This document shows, one piece after another, positions 62,349 to 64,000 of a DNA stretch of 64,000 nucleotides. This DNA comes from an uncultured Nitrososphaerota archaeon (GTDB taxonomy: Archaea > Thermoproteota > Nitrososphaeria > Nitrososphaerales > Nitrosopumilaceae). The stretch lies in the NCBI GenBank assembly GCA_963701075.1, contig OY969559.1, positions 96,001 to 160,000 on the forward strand, given 5' to 3'. The translations under genes and the position numbers were made by a program. The stretch's first letter is position 1. Each line of letters begins with the position of its first letter. The notes under the pieces are model-generated. The model was not told the origin of the DNA. It did not search any database and saw only the letters and a program-made list of their open reading frames with translations.

Positions 62349-62419
62349 TAGGACTAGTCAAAGAATGGCCCTAAATTAACTGCATACCCCTCAACGTCAA
62401 AGAATGCACAAATCTAGAG

Positions 62420-62475
62420 CAAGTTAATTTGCATTCAAAAATTCCAATACTTTATTGGAATCCCATGGCCCGCAC
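62420..62475. repeat. 56-bp direct repeat duplicating the 3' end of the lhgO-like gene
   Basis: caagttaatttgcattcaaaaattccaatactttattgGaatcccatggcccgcac; one mismatch to 63152-63207. Confidence 0.93.
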
Positions 62476-62530
62476 AATGTGTTTGTTATCTAGAGTGCGA
62501 CATACCTGAATCTGTAGGGACAATACACTA

Positions 62531-62755
62531 CTATTGAACTAGTTCTATTTCTTTTACAGAATGACGCAAAACTTCTTCTATATCTTTAGATTTTTTCTTG
62601 GGAAGCATTATTTCTAGACCAAAGGCCTGTCCGTTTTCTGCAACATCTAGATAGGTGCCCTTGCCTAATGGTATGGTTTTAATAATTCGTTGTTTACCTT
62701 TTGCAAATTTCACGTATATTGCATTTGCTAATGGATCATATTGTGCTAAAACCAT
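62531..62755 (-). CDS. DUF2283-family protein (putative antitoxin)
   Basis: YDPLANAIYVKF....T......YLD...G..FGLEI. Confidence 0.82.
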   Translation of the reverse strand: MVLAQYDPLANAIYVKFAKGKQRIIKTIPLGKGTYLDVAENGQAFGLEIMLPKKKSKDIEEVLRHSVKEIELVQ

Positions 62756-63029
62756 GTCTTTTCAATGCTCCTCTTGTTGTCCACATTACTGAAATAATCC
62801 AAACTGCTGTATTAAACTTGCTATGTACTATCAATAGATATGCTTGATTTTTGGTGTATGGGTGTATAGTTAAACCGTAGCTTTTGTAGTTATCTTCTCT
62901 TGGATCGTAAATTGTTTCTATAGGACTGTTAATTATAACTTCAATTTTTTTTTCAGATATATCACGTTGTTGACACCGTAATCTTGCATGTCTTGTTAGA
63001 CGTATAGAATATTTTTTTGTAGATGTCAA
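62736..63029 (-). CDS. DUF4258-family protein (putative RNase toxin)
   Basis: LTRHARLRCQQRDIS...I...I.SP, WIISVM; overlaps the DUF2283 gene. Confidence 0.8.
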   Translation of the reverse strand: MTSTKKYSIRLTRHARLRCQQRDISEKKIEVIINSPIETIYDPREDNYKSYGLTIHPYTKNQAYLLIVHSKFNTAVWIISVMWTTRGALKRHGFSTI

Positions 63030-63151
63030 TTTGTTTCTAGTGCGAGTAGTTTCAAGATAAGTTTTTCATTGTGCTGTTTCAACTCGATCATTTTACATCA
63101 AGTTTGAAAGTAAATCATTAGATAACATGTCAAATCAATGATATTATAGAA

Positions 63152-63207
63152 CAAGTTAATTTGCATTCAAAAATTCCAATACTTTATTGTAATCCCATGG
63201 CCCGCAC
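63152..63207. repeat. second copy of the 56-bp repeat (3' end and stop of lhgO-like gene)
   Basis: Encodes CGPWDYNKVLEFLNAN* on the minus strand. Confidence 0.93.
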
Positions 63208-64000
63208 CTTGCGTTCTGTATGTTTACGATTCCCTTTTGCCGCAGCTGTTCAATGATATACACTGCAAACGGCAGTGCACCTGTAGCGCCAGGTGAGTTG
63301 TAGTTTAGAATGTGAATTGACTTTGTTCCCTCTTTTATTACCGCATCTGGGACAAACTTGCCTGCACTGTCAATCACTGATGCCCTCACCCCCGCAGTAC
63401 CTCTCACATGAAACTTGGATGGATCCACCTTGGGGAGAAACTCCCTTACTCTGTTAATCATGACTGTCTTGGATGCAGAAGAGAGAAACTCGCTTGTCGC
63501 AAGTGAGAGAAACTTGGAATCAAAAAGCATCTTTGCCGCGCCAGACGACAACATCTCTATAATCTTTGACGGAAACTCTTTGATGTTTTCTGTGAAACCA
63601 TACCCGTATGGGCTGAAGACCGGCACTGCATTTGGCCCAACCTCGCAGCGCCCATCATGGCGCACAATCCAGTGCGGGTCCAAGAATGGATACTCGGGGT
63701 GTTTTGGTACAGAATATACTGAGACCTTTGTCAGGTTGTTGTATATTTTGTCAGCCTGCCAGTACTCTCCACGAAAGTGAACGTCTGTGAGATCATGGGC
63801 CACATCCATCGCATGGGCAATATCAATTGACATACCCCCTGCCGCGTTTATGACATAGTCTGTCTGTATGACACCAGAACTTGTTTTTATCTCAAGGGAT
63901 TCTTTTTTATTTTCTATCTTTTCTGCTCTTGTGTCAAGCAAAAAACTGGCACCACTTTGTTTTGCGTCCTCCATCAATGATTCAGTAAACTTGCCATAGT
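63156..64000 (-). CDS. FAD-dependent oxidoreductase, L-2-hydroxyglutarate oxidase (LhgO) family; 5' end outside window
   Basis: VINAAG, FRGEY, YSVP..EYPFL..H, VGPNAV, AGVRA, NSPGATG. Confidence 0.85.
   Translation of the reverse strand, partial: YGKFTESLMEDAKQSGASFLLDTRAEKIENKKESLEIKTSSGVIQTDYVINAAGGMSIDIAHAMDVAHDLTDVHFRGEYWQADKIYNNLTKVSVYSVPKHPEYPFLDPHWIVRHDGRCEVGPNAVPVFSPYGYGFTENIKEFPSKIIEMLSSGAAKMLFDSKFLSLATSEFLSSASKTVMINRVREFLPKVDPSKFHVRGTAGVRASVIDSAGKFVPDAVIKEGTKSIHILNYNSPGATGALPFAVYIIEQLRQKGIVNIQNARCGPWDYNKVLEFLNAN

Overview
64-kb chromosomal window of an ammonia-oxidising archaeon (Nitrososphaerota/Thaumarchaeota, probably Nitrosopumilales, Nitrosotalea-like). This is inferred from archaeal translation genes, the 4-hydroxybutyryl-CoA dehydratase plus ADP-forming 4-hydroxybutyrate-CoA ligase of the HP/HB cycle, PEFG-CTERM proteins, the SlaA-type S-layer and the split-CoxB copper oxidase operon. 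Core genes: aIF6, hisS, archease, aIF5B, ndk, L24e/S28e/L7Ae/L37e, glmM-like, purU, rpiA, aspartokinase, ilvE, cox operon, slaA, and four tRNAs (Leu-TAG, Ala-CGC, Val-TAC, intron-containing Lys-CTT). The main accessory observations are: (i) two solo tnpB genes, one bounded by GTTCTGTCA terminal inverted repeats that it shares with a 53-bp hairpin MITE 31 kb away; (ii) a tandem cassette array at the tRNA-Lys 3' end delimited by ~62-bp att-like repeats; (iii) a toxin-antitoxin-only micro-island bounded by a 56-bp duplication of the 3' end of an lhgO-like gene; (iv) a second 4HB-CoA-ligase paralog; (v) a mucin-like tandem-repeat surface protein and a mini-SlaA paralog; (vi) an unannotated 24-aa basic peptide and a candidate structured RNA. 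All five apparent +1 frameshifts can be repaired at or next to AGCT, which points to a methylation-linked base-calling artefact rather than pseudogenes. All calls are by eye; no database searches were run.
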